Part shown: piece by piece, positions 13,211-25,800 of the stretch | How the letters are laid out: every line of letters begins with the position of its first letter | Position numbering within the stretch: position 1 is the stretch's first letter | Assembly: GCF_001949145.1 (NCBI RefSeq) | Contig: NW_019091360.1 | Coordinates: 1,423,599 to 1,487,598, forward strand | Length of the DNA stretch: 64,000 nt | Origin: Acanthaster planci | Taxonomy: Eukaryota | Direction of reading: 5' to 3' | The notes under the pieces: generated by a model | What the model was told of the DNA's origin: nothing | The model's database searches: none | What the model saw: only the letters and a program-made list of their open reading frames with translations | Made by a program: the position numbers and the translations under genes

Positions 13211-16200
13211 GAGACTAATTGTGACAACTGAGAGAAAAATACTACAGAAACTTTCTGATATTTCGAGTGACGAACTACATGTATACGGTTTGGATTTTTC
13301 TCTTACAATGCTTCACAAGTCATGATAGGCACATTTGTACATCGCCGAAAGAGATGTTTGCACGGCAGGATTAAGCTTAGCTCCGTCACCAACTGAGGAC
13401 TCGGATAGGTTCAAAACTACGGCGACTTGGGTATTGTCTTCTTCAATATGGAGTAACGCTTGCATCATCTGCTTCATGTGCATAACGTAACGCCCTGGAA
13501 CCAGTGGGAGTAGGTAACGTTCGTTCGTACAACAGACTGGTTCTCGTTCTATCTCTACTTCCCAATTTGGAAAACTAAACGGACAAATAATTTGATTTGA
13601 TGGCAAAATAAAAAAGGATCACTGGAAAATAACTCTAGCTCTTGCACTACACTGGCACACGTCCTCTTCGTTCAAAAACGTGGAATGGAAGATTACATTT
13701 TTAAAAAAGGAGACGCCTAGCGTTGTGACTAAACTTGAACAAGTCTGCCATTTCCCCACTTTGAAGAACACTTCAGTTTCAATGCAACTGGCGCCAAAAA
13801 GTGGCCGTCCCAATTGGCGTCCAGTGACTTTGCCGAATGTGGCTCCAGGTCATCCTACCATTCACTGCCAACATTTCTGCACGTCTGCCAATACACAGAG
13901 ATTGCAGTACATGTAACTGTTTCACCCCCACCCCCCCAAAAAAAATCTATGGAATCAACTAAGCTTGCCTGGTTGAAACCTTTCCCAAATTGATTATTAT
14001 CAGCATGCCTGAAAAATGTATTAAATTCAAAACTTTAAAAACATTATTTGTTAAAAGATGTACTTTTATATTCTCAATTTACTCTGCTGTTGACAGCATC
14101 ATCAAAGTGTGCATTCATGTAAATTTTGTGATATGGTGAGGTAGGCCTTTAGATCATAAAGTACAGTGTATACCACCGACCGCCTGTAAAGTGAGTCTGC
14201 ATAGTATCGCACTGAAGTTTCGGCACGGGGGACAAACGAGTTACACTGGCTGAAGACAACAGAGTTGTCAAATCCCACACACTGGACGTGAAATTCACAT
14301 ATTTTGACTGTTCTCACACTCTCATGCCAATACAAAACCTAGAACAATAAAATGCAATTAATTTGTTCAACACTTCCATGGCTAGTCCTTACTATGTCAT
14401 GAAAACACTTCCCTGCCAGCAAGCTTATTACAAGTGAAAAAAAGAACAAGTTAATTGATTGCTATGGCAACGCCGTTGTCATGAGTTTTTTTGTGTGCAT
14501 AAAGAATATGCATCATCGTGTCCGAAACAGGCTTCTCAGCGCTACGAATATGTATATTCTCACAATCCCCCAGCTGAACTGTTAGAAAGAATTTGAGCAT
14601 TCATTGCTACATTATCCTAACCCCCCAGGGTGTATGTAAATCATATTGAAATCGGAGGATTTGGGACTGTTAGGGTTAACATGTTTCCCGTAGAACATGA
14701 ACTTTAAGGCTGTCTAAACAACTTCAAAATGCTTGAACACGTTGGCGAGGTCTCAGCCACAGGTTTTTTTACCTACCGGTGAATGGCGAACTATGACAGG
14801 CTGCCAGGACAAAAAAAATCAAAAGAATGATTCATAAAGTGTTTAAAAAATGGCAAAGCTACTAAAAAATAATACCATACCACCACTAAGTACCAAAAAT
14901 ACCTTTGTCTTTAATACAACTGGGGCATAAGTGGGTTTTTTTTTTGAGACAGAAAGTGTTGCTAGTGAAGGATGAACTCTCTGCAAAAAAATGGCCTTCT
15001 GCACAAAATAGTAGGCAATGTTTGTTTATAATGAAAGAAGAGGTCAGTAACAGATGGAAAAATGAAAATAACAGAGTTAAAGTCCCTGTTGTACAATCTG
15101 TACTATTTGAACTTAAAACACATATCTCTCTATGCATGTGCCAGTTCTGGAGTATTAGATGACGTCTAGAAATGGGTCCCCCCTTCTTTCAATTTCCAAT
15201 ATCCCTTTAAAAATGTCGGTTTGCTTCAAAATCCATGGGAAAAAAATACGCCAAACCTTCAGATGAACTTACGCCAAAACAAAGCGGAACAGACCACACA
15301 GAGTTCAGTTCTGTTGCATGCAACAGAACATCCTTGGGAAAGTCCATCCCAAATGGGGAGACGCGTTTACATTTAATTAACAAAGCGGTTGACATTTTAT
15401 CCGTAAAGTGCATTTCCCTTTAATTGTTGCTTCCGTTTGCTAATTCAACAGCAATACATATATTATTACGCAAATGTACATGTACTTGGAAAACCAGCAC
15501 CAAATGATCATACCAAAAAAAAAAAAGATTAAATGACATCATGGTTTTCACAGACAGACATGCAGCAAAACAAAACCTCTGAGTGATATCTATGTTCCTG
15601 TCTATCTTTGCTTGGTTTGGGGTGATTGTTGATGGAACTTGCACACCCAGCAGTGAGTTTAATTAAAAATCCAGACAACTTCGATGATGCAAGACGGGGT
15701 GAAATGTTGCAATCTATGTGCAAGTTAAAAAACAAGTCAGTCAAACCACGGAATTGGCATTTCTTTAAGCAATATGTACATCGTAATAATACTGGGTGGG
15801 GATATGCTTGATTATAATCCGACAGAAATTGCATCACACATGTCCTATCTGTCAAATCTGACTGGTTTTTGGCTTCAGAAAAAAAAAAAAGAGAAATGAA
15901 GTACATTGTTCTACTCTTACTTCCAGAAATTTTTTTTTCCACGTAGTTTAGTTCTCACACACAAATCCACCCCAAAACTAGCAGAGTACAGTGGTTTTTA
16001 ACATTCTTTATATTGCAAATCTTGTGTCTACTGAAGTTTTGTTAGAGTACATTGTTTTAATGATACCGTGCAAATTTTGATAAAAAGTATTGTTGAATGC
16101 TTGAAGTACATGTGTATTCATTTTAAAAGTGTCAAATTCTGGGAAATGGTAATCATAAATATTATGATGCATATTCTCCTAGTACCAAAACAACTGTATC

Positions 16201-16835
16201 TCAAATTTATGGTCACTTATCAACATCTGAACTGTGGAAACTAAACACTGCTCTGAGTTGTGATGTTGAATGAAAAGTTGGTATTTTGACTTCTTCCAAT
16301 AAATAACATGCTGATTCCAAAGAGAAGCTGTTCGTTAAAGCAGTACTGTTAATTCTTAACTGGAGACAAGGTGGGAATGGATGGAACCGGTCAGAACTGG
16401 CTTTAGCCGACTGGAACTGGTTTCAGCTGACCCGAATTGCATTTCTCAAATGGCTTTAATTTCTCATCCAGGATGGTCAATAACGACGACAAGGTACTTT
16501 GGGAGAGACAGGAGAAGACATGTTTGCACAAGGTCCTGCAAATTAGTCACAACTGCCGGAACTCTCTTCTTTTCTGAAACCAACCTTTCCTGTGCTTTGG
16601 GAATATATATGTGCGAGGCATCTACTGACAATGGCTTCTTAAGTGCTTGTCCCTGTTTGGAATATTCTAACTGGTCCATCTGCCTCAGAGACCAGATGCC
16701 AGGGTAGCACTACATTTTTGGTCCCAGGTACATGTACGTCATAATATGGTATATCAGACATGATGCTGTCTCCTTTTCAAACAAACTAGTTTCCTGCCTT
16801 CTCAAAGCTCCCCCTTAACATCATCTATGCACATC

Positions 16836-19800
16836 TCACTTGGCAATGTAGAAGAAAATGTAACCTGTTCTCTCCCGATCTTCCCTGACTGCCGACTCAG
16901 ACATGCGGACAACTTGTGAGTCGTCATAGCTTAGCCATGTCGACTTCTTACTGTCGAAGACATCACTGATGTAGTGTCCTATTAACGATGTACTGCCTAT
17001 GTGACTTACGATACTTGTGAGATGGTAAGACAATGGCAGGTGACCACTCTGTAAAAAAAATCATACAAATGCCTTAAAAATTAGAATTGAAAGTCCAATG
17101 GAATTTTAGCTCATCTGATTTCCATCAATGATCCAAGCCAAATTATCCCCAACCCATCAATCTCTTTTCAAGGTCTCTGTTTAATTCCATTCTTGACTTG
17201 CAGACCTGTGGTAAAATTATTAATATTTTAACATTTTTCTTCCGACAAAATTAAGAATGTCTAAAAAAAACAAACATCTATGGCAACTTTGAAGAAACTT
17301 TTAACAGGGAAAAGCAAATGAAAAACTGTTGGGATGGGTCTCAGTGTGTCAAACAAGGCAGCAAAGAAGAATTTCAATGCAACATGGTAATCCCATTATA
17401 ATGGAACAAATGACAGGACGCTAGTCATGTTTTTGTCCATAAACTAATAAGGCCAGAGAAGCCTAAATATGCCTTGTTACAGGCTGAAATTTTCGTTTTA
17501 AATGAAAAAGCCTAAAAACCAGGATTTTGCTTGTAAAATGCCTGTAGCGGCCAAACTCATTTTTTTGATTTCTAACCGACTGAGGGCGCTATAAGTGGGG
17601 ACCATTAAAACAGCACTGAAAGTAAGATGGCTCCATCACGTTTTGCATCTGACAGATTTTGATTCGCCCATCCTGCCAAAGTTTATTAAACGTCAATGCT
17701 CTTGATTTCTGTTTGATTTTAATTTTAGTCAATCTGTGCCTGTTCCTGTGTCTGTGCATCAAGCTGTATACATGAACAAGAAGAGAAGCATTAAACATCT
17801 GGATCTGAAGTGCACACTATACATGTACAGCATTGCGTGCGTATCCTTTGGCAGATTCAATGCCATACCTGAAATGAATACAGTTGAACCTCGTTAATAA
17901 GAGGTCTTTGGACTTGGCAAATTGCCTTGCTACAACAGGAACCTTGTATTACCAGGAATAAAAACAAAGGATTGGGATCTAAAATTTTCCTTGTTATAAG
18001 CAGAATCTTGTATTAACAGTGATTTTATTAACGAGGTTCGACTGTAAAGTTCACCGAACGATAAAGCATCACTTCCTACAGCTGAAGGCACCAACAAGTC
18101 ACGATAAGTGAGTGAACAGAGTGTGTTGAAAGACATTGGGGACAAAAAACGTGAACTGACCTCGGCGTTCTTGGCAAGTTCTTTGGTTGCATCATCGTCC
18201 GACTCCTCATCGATCTCCATGGGTTCAGCTGCATCGTCATCATCTTCGAGACAGGTGAAGCTCTCAGAAAACTCTGTGAGACAACGCAGGCAAGATGCAC
18301 ATTTCAAATTTTGGGCCAATGGCGAAAGCAAGCAATGGGTATTTCCTGGATTTTTAGACTTTTGAAACGGGAAGTCCTGGATAGCATTGGAGACTAAGTC
18401 GTGTGGTTCAAGATAGGGAGGTGAGTGTCATTCAGTTGATTAATGTAACAATTATTTGGTAAAAGTTTTCAGTCAATCCAAACCCTGGAAACTTGGTTTG
18501 TAAAAATAAATGTTTTCTTTCAAAAAGCCCGAGAATATCTGAACAGATAGTAAACTCAAATTCTATGAAATTCAATACACAAAACTTTTCCAGATAGGTA
18601 CTAGTGGATAGCATGCATTGTTAAGATGCTACTGGGTGTTGGGATTTTAGTTCTGATATACCATTGGCCATACAAACCTTGTAAGCTGATTTGCTTAGCT
18701 CGTTTCAAAGCATCCTCTTCCCTTTTATCAATTTCTTGAGCATCTGCACATAGTTAGAAAAAAGACACATTTCACAAGCTGAAAAGTCAGAATCAATGCA
18801 CTGCAATGCAAAAAGCTGCAGAAAAGATCAGAATTGTATTAAATCAATAAAAGCTGAGCCTAAACAAAGATTACAGCATTTCAAGAACAATTAAAATTGC
18901 CAAGCATTCATTGATTGAGCAAAAGATACTGGGTAAAGTGTGACTTTACCCAAGGCATGGCTGACAGGTTACAAAGTCAAGCCCATCTTGTCTCACCTCC
19001 AGCTGACGTTTGTTTTTTATAGTGCTGCTTGAGCACAAAAATTTGTGTAAGCGTGAAAAGCCTTGCTTGACAAATCAGGTTACCAGCCAAAACTTCTTGT
19101 GATGCAGAGCGGGAAATAACGGTCAGACATCGGACATTTTCCGAGTACTTATTGTGTTTGTGTTAAAATATCAACACAATATATGGGATTATGGCATCCG
19201 ATTTATTATTAGTTTTGTGTTAGAATTACATTTATTATGCTCAAGGCATTCATCAGGGCTGATCGTTCATCACCGGCCTGTGTCATCTAGCGCCACGCGT
19301 GTATGTATACTTTACTTGCACAGACATGAAATCGGCCCATAATTCTTTACGCATCGTCAACATTCACGTTTCGCTGTCACAGTGGTGAAAACACGTGTGC
19401 GAAACTCTATGCATTATACGTAGCTGCTTTGGTTCCTGCCGCGCCGCACCCATGCAAAAGAATGCGTGATTGAATTGTAGCAACTAGTACCAGTCTGTAC
19501 TGTACTGAATGTAAACACATGTACTGTACATAAACACTCTTCGTCGGCTGTTCACATCGATGTTATGTTGCAAGAGGTTTTCTGCAAGTTAATTCACAGA
19601 ACATGGTCTCTTATTTATGTCTGTATTTTCTGTGTTTATGAGAAATTTGAGGTTGTTCTGCTCATGGCACAAGGTCTAGTGACCGCTGGTCTAGATGCAT
19701 CACGCATGCTTACCATTTTTTAAGCTAGGTTTTTTCGTGCTTAAGCAACAGCTCTATGGAATAGGTCCCAGACTGTGGTGTAATTTCTAGTGTAAAAGAT

Positions 19801-22800
19801 TTACACTATGATCTGAGAAAAAAGCTTGATTATCTATATTATATGATTATCTGTATCATACCTAGCAAACTTAGCTGAGTTGCCCTCCTGAGTTCTTCAT
19901 CCTCTTTAGCTTTGAGCTCCTCATAGCTTGGCTTAGTGTCGCCGTTCACCCCTACTTGCAAAGTGCTGTGGTCATCCTCCCTACAGATGTCTACAGCAGT
20001 GGCCTCCAATAAAGTGGGTTTAATGGCTGAGAGAGGGGTGTCCGCAAAGTCGCTGTCCAGACCGAGTGTGCTGCCTTTCTGAGTCTGTTTGGCGGGCGAG
20101 AAGAAGTTTGCGATGGATTTTTTCACTCGTCGCCAGGGGTGGGGTTTGGTTCTGTTGGCTCCGGGATCTTGGGTCTCGCCTGTGAGGTCGATCGGGCCAT
20201 CACCCCCGCCTAGAGCATGCTCAGACGGAGTGCTCTGATTGGAAGCCAGACAGTCAGTTTTGAATCTCTTACAGGGAGTTCCATTCTCCTTTGACTCAAT
20301 GCCTATGTGATCGCCCGACGACTGATGGAGAACTTTGTCCAGAGACTGGACCGCATCATCCATCCCTCGTCTCTTAAGAGATACGAAAGTGTCCTCAATG
20401 TCGTGGGAAAGATTTGATGCGTCAGTTTTGCTCGGTGTATCTCTCAAAGCCTCTTGATCATCCTGAAAGCAGTCATCCGATTTAAGCACCGACACGTCTT
20501 GTGTGCTGATGGCAAGAGCGTAGGCCAGCTGTTGTTCTTCTGACATCTCGGAGATGGACCGATGGGCAGCCTGCTTGCTCTCCTCCATCGCCTCAGGAAA
20601 GAGCAGAACAAGCTAACGGTTAGTTAACCTCTTCCAGACGGTACTTTTACTTTTGGCTGAAAATTTAAACTTCTGAAAAAAAGGCAAGATGCAGTGGCCA
20701 CCCATCTCTGTCATGGGGAGTCAGGTTGGCGTGGCGGCACTTTCCTCACCTTCCCCCTGACTGGGTTCTCACTCCCTATATGATTTTGTGGTTTTTCCCT
20801 GGAATATTTGTTTGGGTCCCCCCCCCAACCTCTAAAACTAGACCCCTCTTCATTGCCTTCTTCCCCCAGGGCCCTTATGGAGAAGAATTCATAATTGACA
20901 GGGCGTTACTTTGGTTACATAACTATACAGCTGGACGCTACTGTTAGCTTTTTAGTCATCTGAAAACTGCACATTCATCAGAATCTTCAAAAATAGAAAT
21001 GAAATATTAATAACTGTTTCAGACAGGCATTCTAGACTTTTTGAATTAAGTACAGCAAGAGTTCGACGTCTGAAACAATTAGGAGCAATCAGGCATGCTA
21101 GCAGGCAAAAAATCAACACTCGGAGGCGCTTGGAACGACATCAAAGTGACTTGGTTTCAGACGTCGTTCTTTTCATGGGCTAAACCCGATGCAAATGTAT
21201 ATATTAAGTTGTCTGTCTGAGACCAACTTTAATTGGGTCTATTTGGTTCGGCATGACCCTAGAACATCTGTCTGAAACGGGTGTAAGCAACGTTCATTCA
21301 AGTGAGACCAACAATTGTGGAAACTGTCAACAAACACACTATTGAAGTTGCCCCTTAAACACAGTCCTCATATTGCAACAGTGAGACTGCACATGTGAAA
21401 AAAGGTACCATTCAAGCAGGTAAACTTGCAAGTCCTGCCTCATTTTGGAAAGCCGTGCAAAGAGAGCACTGTGACCACAAGTGCATGCGCCAAGAGTTTT
21501 GAAATGCTCGAGGAATTTAATGTGCAGGTTACCAGTGCAGGCTTCTGGACAAATCAACCCCCAGGCTTTCTGGCGACGAGTGGCATGAATTACCACAGAG
21601 TAGAGGAGGTGGCGCTGAATGACTGATGGCAGAATCAATTTATATCTGACACAAGAGGGATGGAGGGAATGCTAAAATACACGCTGTAGTCACCAAGGCC
21701 TAGGATGGACGACTCAGCGCGTACAATGACAAACATTGACACAGGCCGAATGTTATCGACGGTGTGGTCTCGTGCTGGTGTGCACAGCGCATTGATTCCG
21801 ATCGTTGCCAACAAAATTAAGTCCACCAAGGTGCAATTTCATTACAAATACATGTACATCAGCCAATCAGCAGCACTCTGTACACAATGTTACATTTAGG
21901 GGAGGAAAGATATAACAGCTTTAATTTCTAGGGTACGGAGTATTGCAGGAACTGGGACCTCAACACGCTGATGTAGACTTTCCATGAGGCCATTTGTGTA
22001 TTGAAGCTTCAACCGTTGTTAGAAGAGATTTCTGACCAACATAGTATATGTCACCATGGGCACTTTATGAAAAATCACATAAAAATTAACTTTGGTTTCA
22101 TAAACTGACACAGTGGCGTGCATGCGTTCTGCAAACAGACATGGAGTGAATGACTTCAGATTTCACAAACGACATGCAAGCATATACAGGAACTACAGTT
22201 TACCTTGCAGAGAAAACACTCCATACAGTTTAACATGAATTGACTCCGTCCATAACACTAAACGACTTTTAAATCCACTCCTGTGAAACAATGGACTCAG
22301 TGGCCACATGCAGTTTTTCAGGTGGAGTTTGTAAAAAACTACAATTATGCTGCGCGATAAATTGTGTACAAGAGGACCTATTGCAAAGATGCGATCAAGC
22401 AGGCCCATTTCTGTGACTGTTTCCACGTGCTGGGGCCCTACCTTCATCAGCTCTTCCTGCTCCCGCTTCTGTCTCTTCTCCTTCTCTAACTCCGCCCTCT
22501 CAGCCTCCCTCTTGCTCATCTCCAGGGCACGCTGTGTCTCGTCGGTGTCCGAGTCTGGGAGCTTGTCTAAGAAAACCGTGCGTCCCAGCTGGTTCCTGCA
22601 TGTGTAAATGATGACGAAAAGCCAACACGCTGACATACAGATGTACCACTGCCTACAAATTTTGAAGCTTTTTTTAAATATATGGAAGTACAATCTACTC
22701 TTTATAAGAACACTGCTCTGACAAAATGCTGTCTTAAAGAGCAACTTCTGAGAAAACCAATTTCTTATATTCTTGTGTTTTGTTTGCGTTTCTACATGTA

Positions 22801-25800
22801 CCTCTTTTGTTACAAAAACCTGGTTATAGCAAAGTCATTTCTCTAGTCTCGTTGCTGTAAGGAGAGTTGACCAGAAGAGCGTCGAGAAGGGCAGTTTAAA
22901 ATGTCCATGCAACCCAGTTTTTTTAACAATTTTATTTGCCACTTTCAAGGGTAGTTTGAAAACTTCTTGGGTTTTTGGGCTTATTAAAATTTGCGTATTC
23001 ATGAGCAGAAGTGAAGGGTCATCCTGGGAAGGATCTCAATTTTGTACATGTAGTTATTTCAGCCACAGATTTATCAGAGTTTGGGATATTTTTGCTGTCT
23101 TAAACTTTTCTTTTCTTTGATGATCTGTTGTTTCAGATCATGATAGTAGACCTCTCAATAAGTAAACAAAAATTTGGTTCGGTAGAGAAGGAAAATCTCT
23201 TCCAATGAACAGATTCTTCTGGTTGTCGCAGCATTTGCCCTCATGTATGAGGAAAGCACAGAAAACACGTTTAAATAAATCATTTTCCAACAGAAATGGC
23301 CTTCATACACTGATTGTAAAGGGGTAGAAAGTTACCTAAAATTTGTATGAAAGAAAAAATTGCCACATGAAAGACTACAGAAAAAGTCTTTAGCAAGGAG
23401 GGTTTTTATTAAGATGCATTTGCTTAAGAAACTAAAATAATTCTAGATGTGGGATTTATAATATTGGGATAAGGAGCTTGTTTGTTTATTCATGAATTAC
23501 GCAAGTACAATACAAAAAATTCAAGGTTACCCTGTATTGCCGTCGCCGTACTCCAACCGTTTCCGTGACAATTTAAAGCTGAAAAGTGAAGGCCTCCCCG
23601 ACTGGTCAATGGCTGCCGCATTCCTGTCTGTCAGGGCCGTGAGGGATGGCCGCTGCGTCTTCTCTTTGCTGAGGGGGCTAGCTGTGCCGTTGATGAACGA
23701 CTTCGGGGTGGATGCAGGACCCTGCGTCACCTTGGAGCAATGGTAGAGGAGGGAAAGGTACTTGGGGATGAGAATCCGGCGTCGCAGCTTGGAGTTCTGA
23801 GCGGCATCGACATCAAAGCGGTATCGCTTCAGGTGGATGATCATTACTCTGCACAGAAATGGGGCGAGGGCAAGTCAAGTGTATAGCTCAGCCAATTCAA
23901 ATAATTGACGATACGAATGTCTGACCAGCCATTTGATCACATATTCAGTTGTGAAAGAAAAATTCCAACAATAGCCGAAACAAATTATAAATGTTTTGAC
24001 ACAACGTAAAAAAGAAAAACTTGAAGGAAAAGTTATATTTTGACCTTATTTTTGGGCATATGTATTAAACTGGCTACACCTCTAGGAATGCTTTTAGAAT
24101 GCAATTTTCTAAAGCATATAATTGACTTTTTTCCTTTTTTTTCAATGATTTTTCTCCTCTGAATATTTAATTTGAAAAATAAATATTCAAATCTTCTAGA
24201 AAAACTATCCAAACATTTGTGCAATCAGCACAGCCCCGATTGGAAGATGTAATTCATGGCTACACTGATTACAGAATTTCTTCACAAGACCCTAGCTGGG
24301 AAACACAGAATTGATTAAATGCCAAGTCCGGGAGATTTTACAGAACTCCTTTCCCTTTGGGGAAGTGTTTACCACCGCAGCGACTGATGAGGAGTGATTT
24401 ACAGTGTCATTTTACGCTCCATAATTGAAACCTGTTTTGATGAAGGAGTTTGACTTTCTTGGGAGCACTGAATATCTTAATAAACTGTGCATGCCCAGTG
24501 TAGATTATAAAATAGTGCAGGTATGCATATCAATCCATGGCGTCAGCCCATTTGCTTGAAGGGCACAAGAATTCTCAAAAACAAAACTGTAAAGTCTATT
24601 TTGGAGGAATTGTGCTGGATAGAGGCTGAAACTTGAAACCGTCTTGAATTCAAGCACAGCACATGCTACGACCAAACACAGAATCAGGAAAATCAAGGCA
24701 AGCAAGGAAACAAGCGGTAACGAAATATTGTTATCCTTCCTATGCTCAGGACCAACATACGGGCAAAGATGGCACACTTTTCCAAACCGAACCTGATGAC
24801 CATCACAGTTTGTGAAACAACTGAGACTAACAGCATGCTCATACATATATGCATTTGTTGGTGCTTGTGAATTATGGTCTATCATAATATGTAAATGTTG
24901 TTTATAAGTGAAAAAGGGAAATCATAAGTTTATATGGTGACGTGACATGAGGTGCATGAATATGCCATTCTGTGAGCCTCATGGAATGGAACAATCCATC
25001 TGTCACCTCATAAATCTATTTTTTCCATTGCATGAACGTAAACCATTTGTTATTGGTGACTAAATCCTCATCCTCCGATGCTGTTTTTCATTCTAACTCT
25101 GGAGTGAGAAGGTTCTGAGAATGGTTCTAATGCACTGTTTATATGGTGCAGGTGCATGTCATTCACTGGAATGAATAATTCATGTCGTGCAACGGACAAT
25201 GGACCAATCAGACAACTCAGATGCCTTCTAGGCATCCAATATACAATGGTCTTAAAGGGCAGCTGCAATAACATGCGAGGCTCCAACAATTTCTTTTGTA
25301 GGTCCAACAATTTGCAAGTTTTCACAGAGCAAACTTTGAAAAAAAGTCAAATTGACACAGCAACAGCGCCCTCAAAAAGCATATACTTTTCATTAAATGT
25401 AACCCAAAAGGGACGTCAAATAATTTTCACACACTGGAGAGGAGAATAAAGTAGAACAGGAAAGTGTTTCAAAGAAAAATTCACCACTTGGGCCCTTTAA
25501 CCACTTGCTGCTGGGGAGCCCGGTTTCGGAGACGTTGGCTTTACATGCACAGACGGGGGGCCCAAAATCGGACAAAGGGAACTGGGCCTTGTAATAAAAG
25601 ACTGTACTCGGAACAAAAGACCGAGCTGCTAGGAATTTCCAACATTTTTTCAGTAGTCAGTAGCGGAGGAAATCCATAATTGTTTTGAAAAATGGTACCA
25701 ATGTTTCTGTTATTCACCGGGGACAAAAGCATGCCAGTGATGACCAATACAATACCGCTGCATGCTAATCTGGCCCCTATTGAAAAGACGTCAGCAGCGC

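Noticed and set aside
16464..16679. ORF just downstream of USP37 as a possible final exon
   Set aside because: No acceptor found that joins it in the required phase, and no similarity to USP37 tails that I can see.
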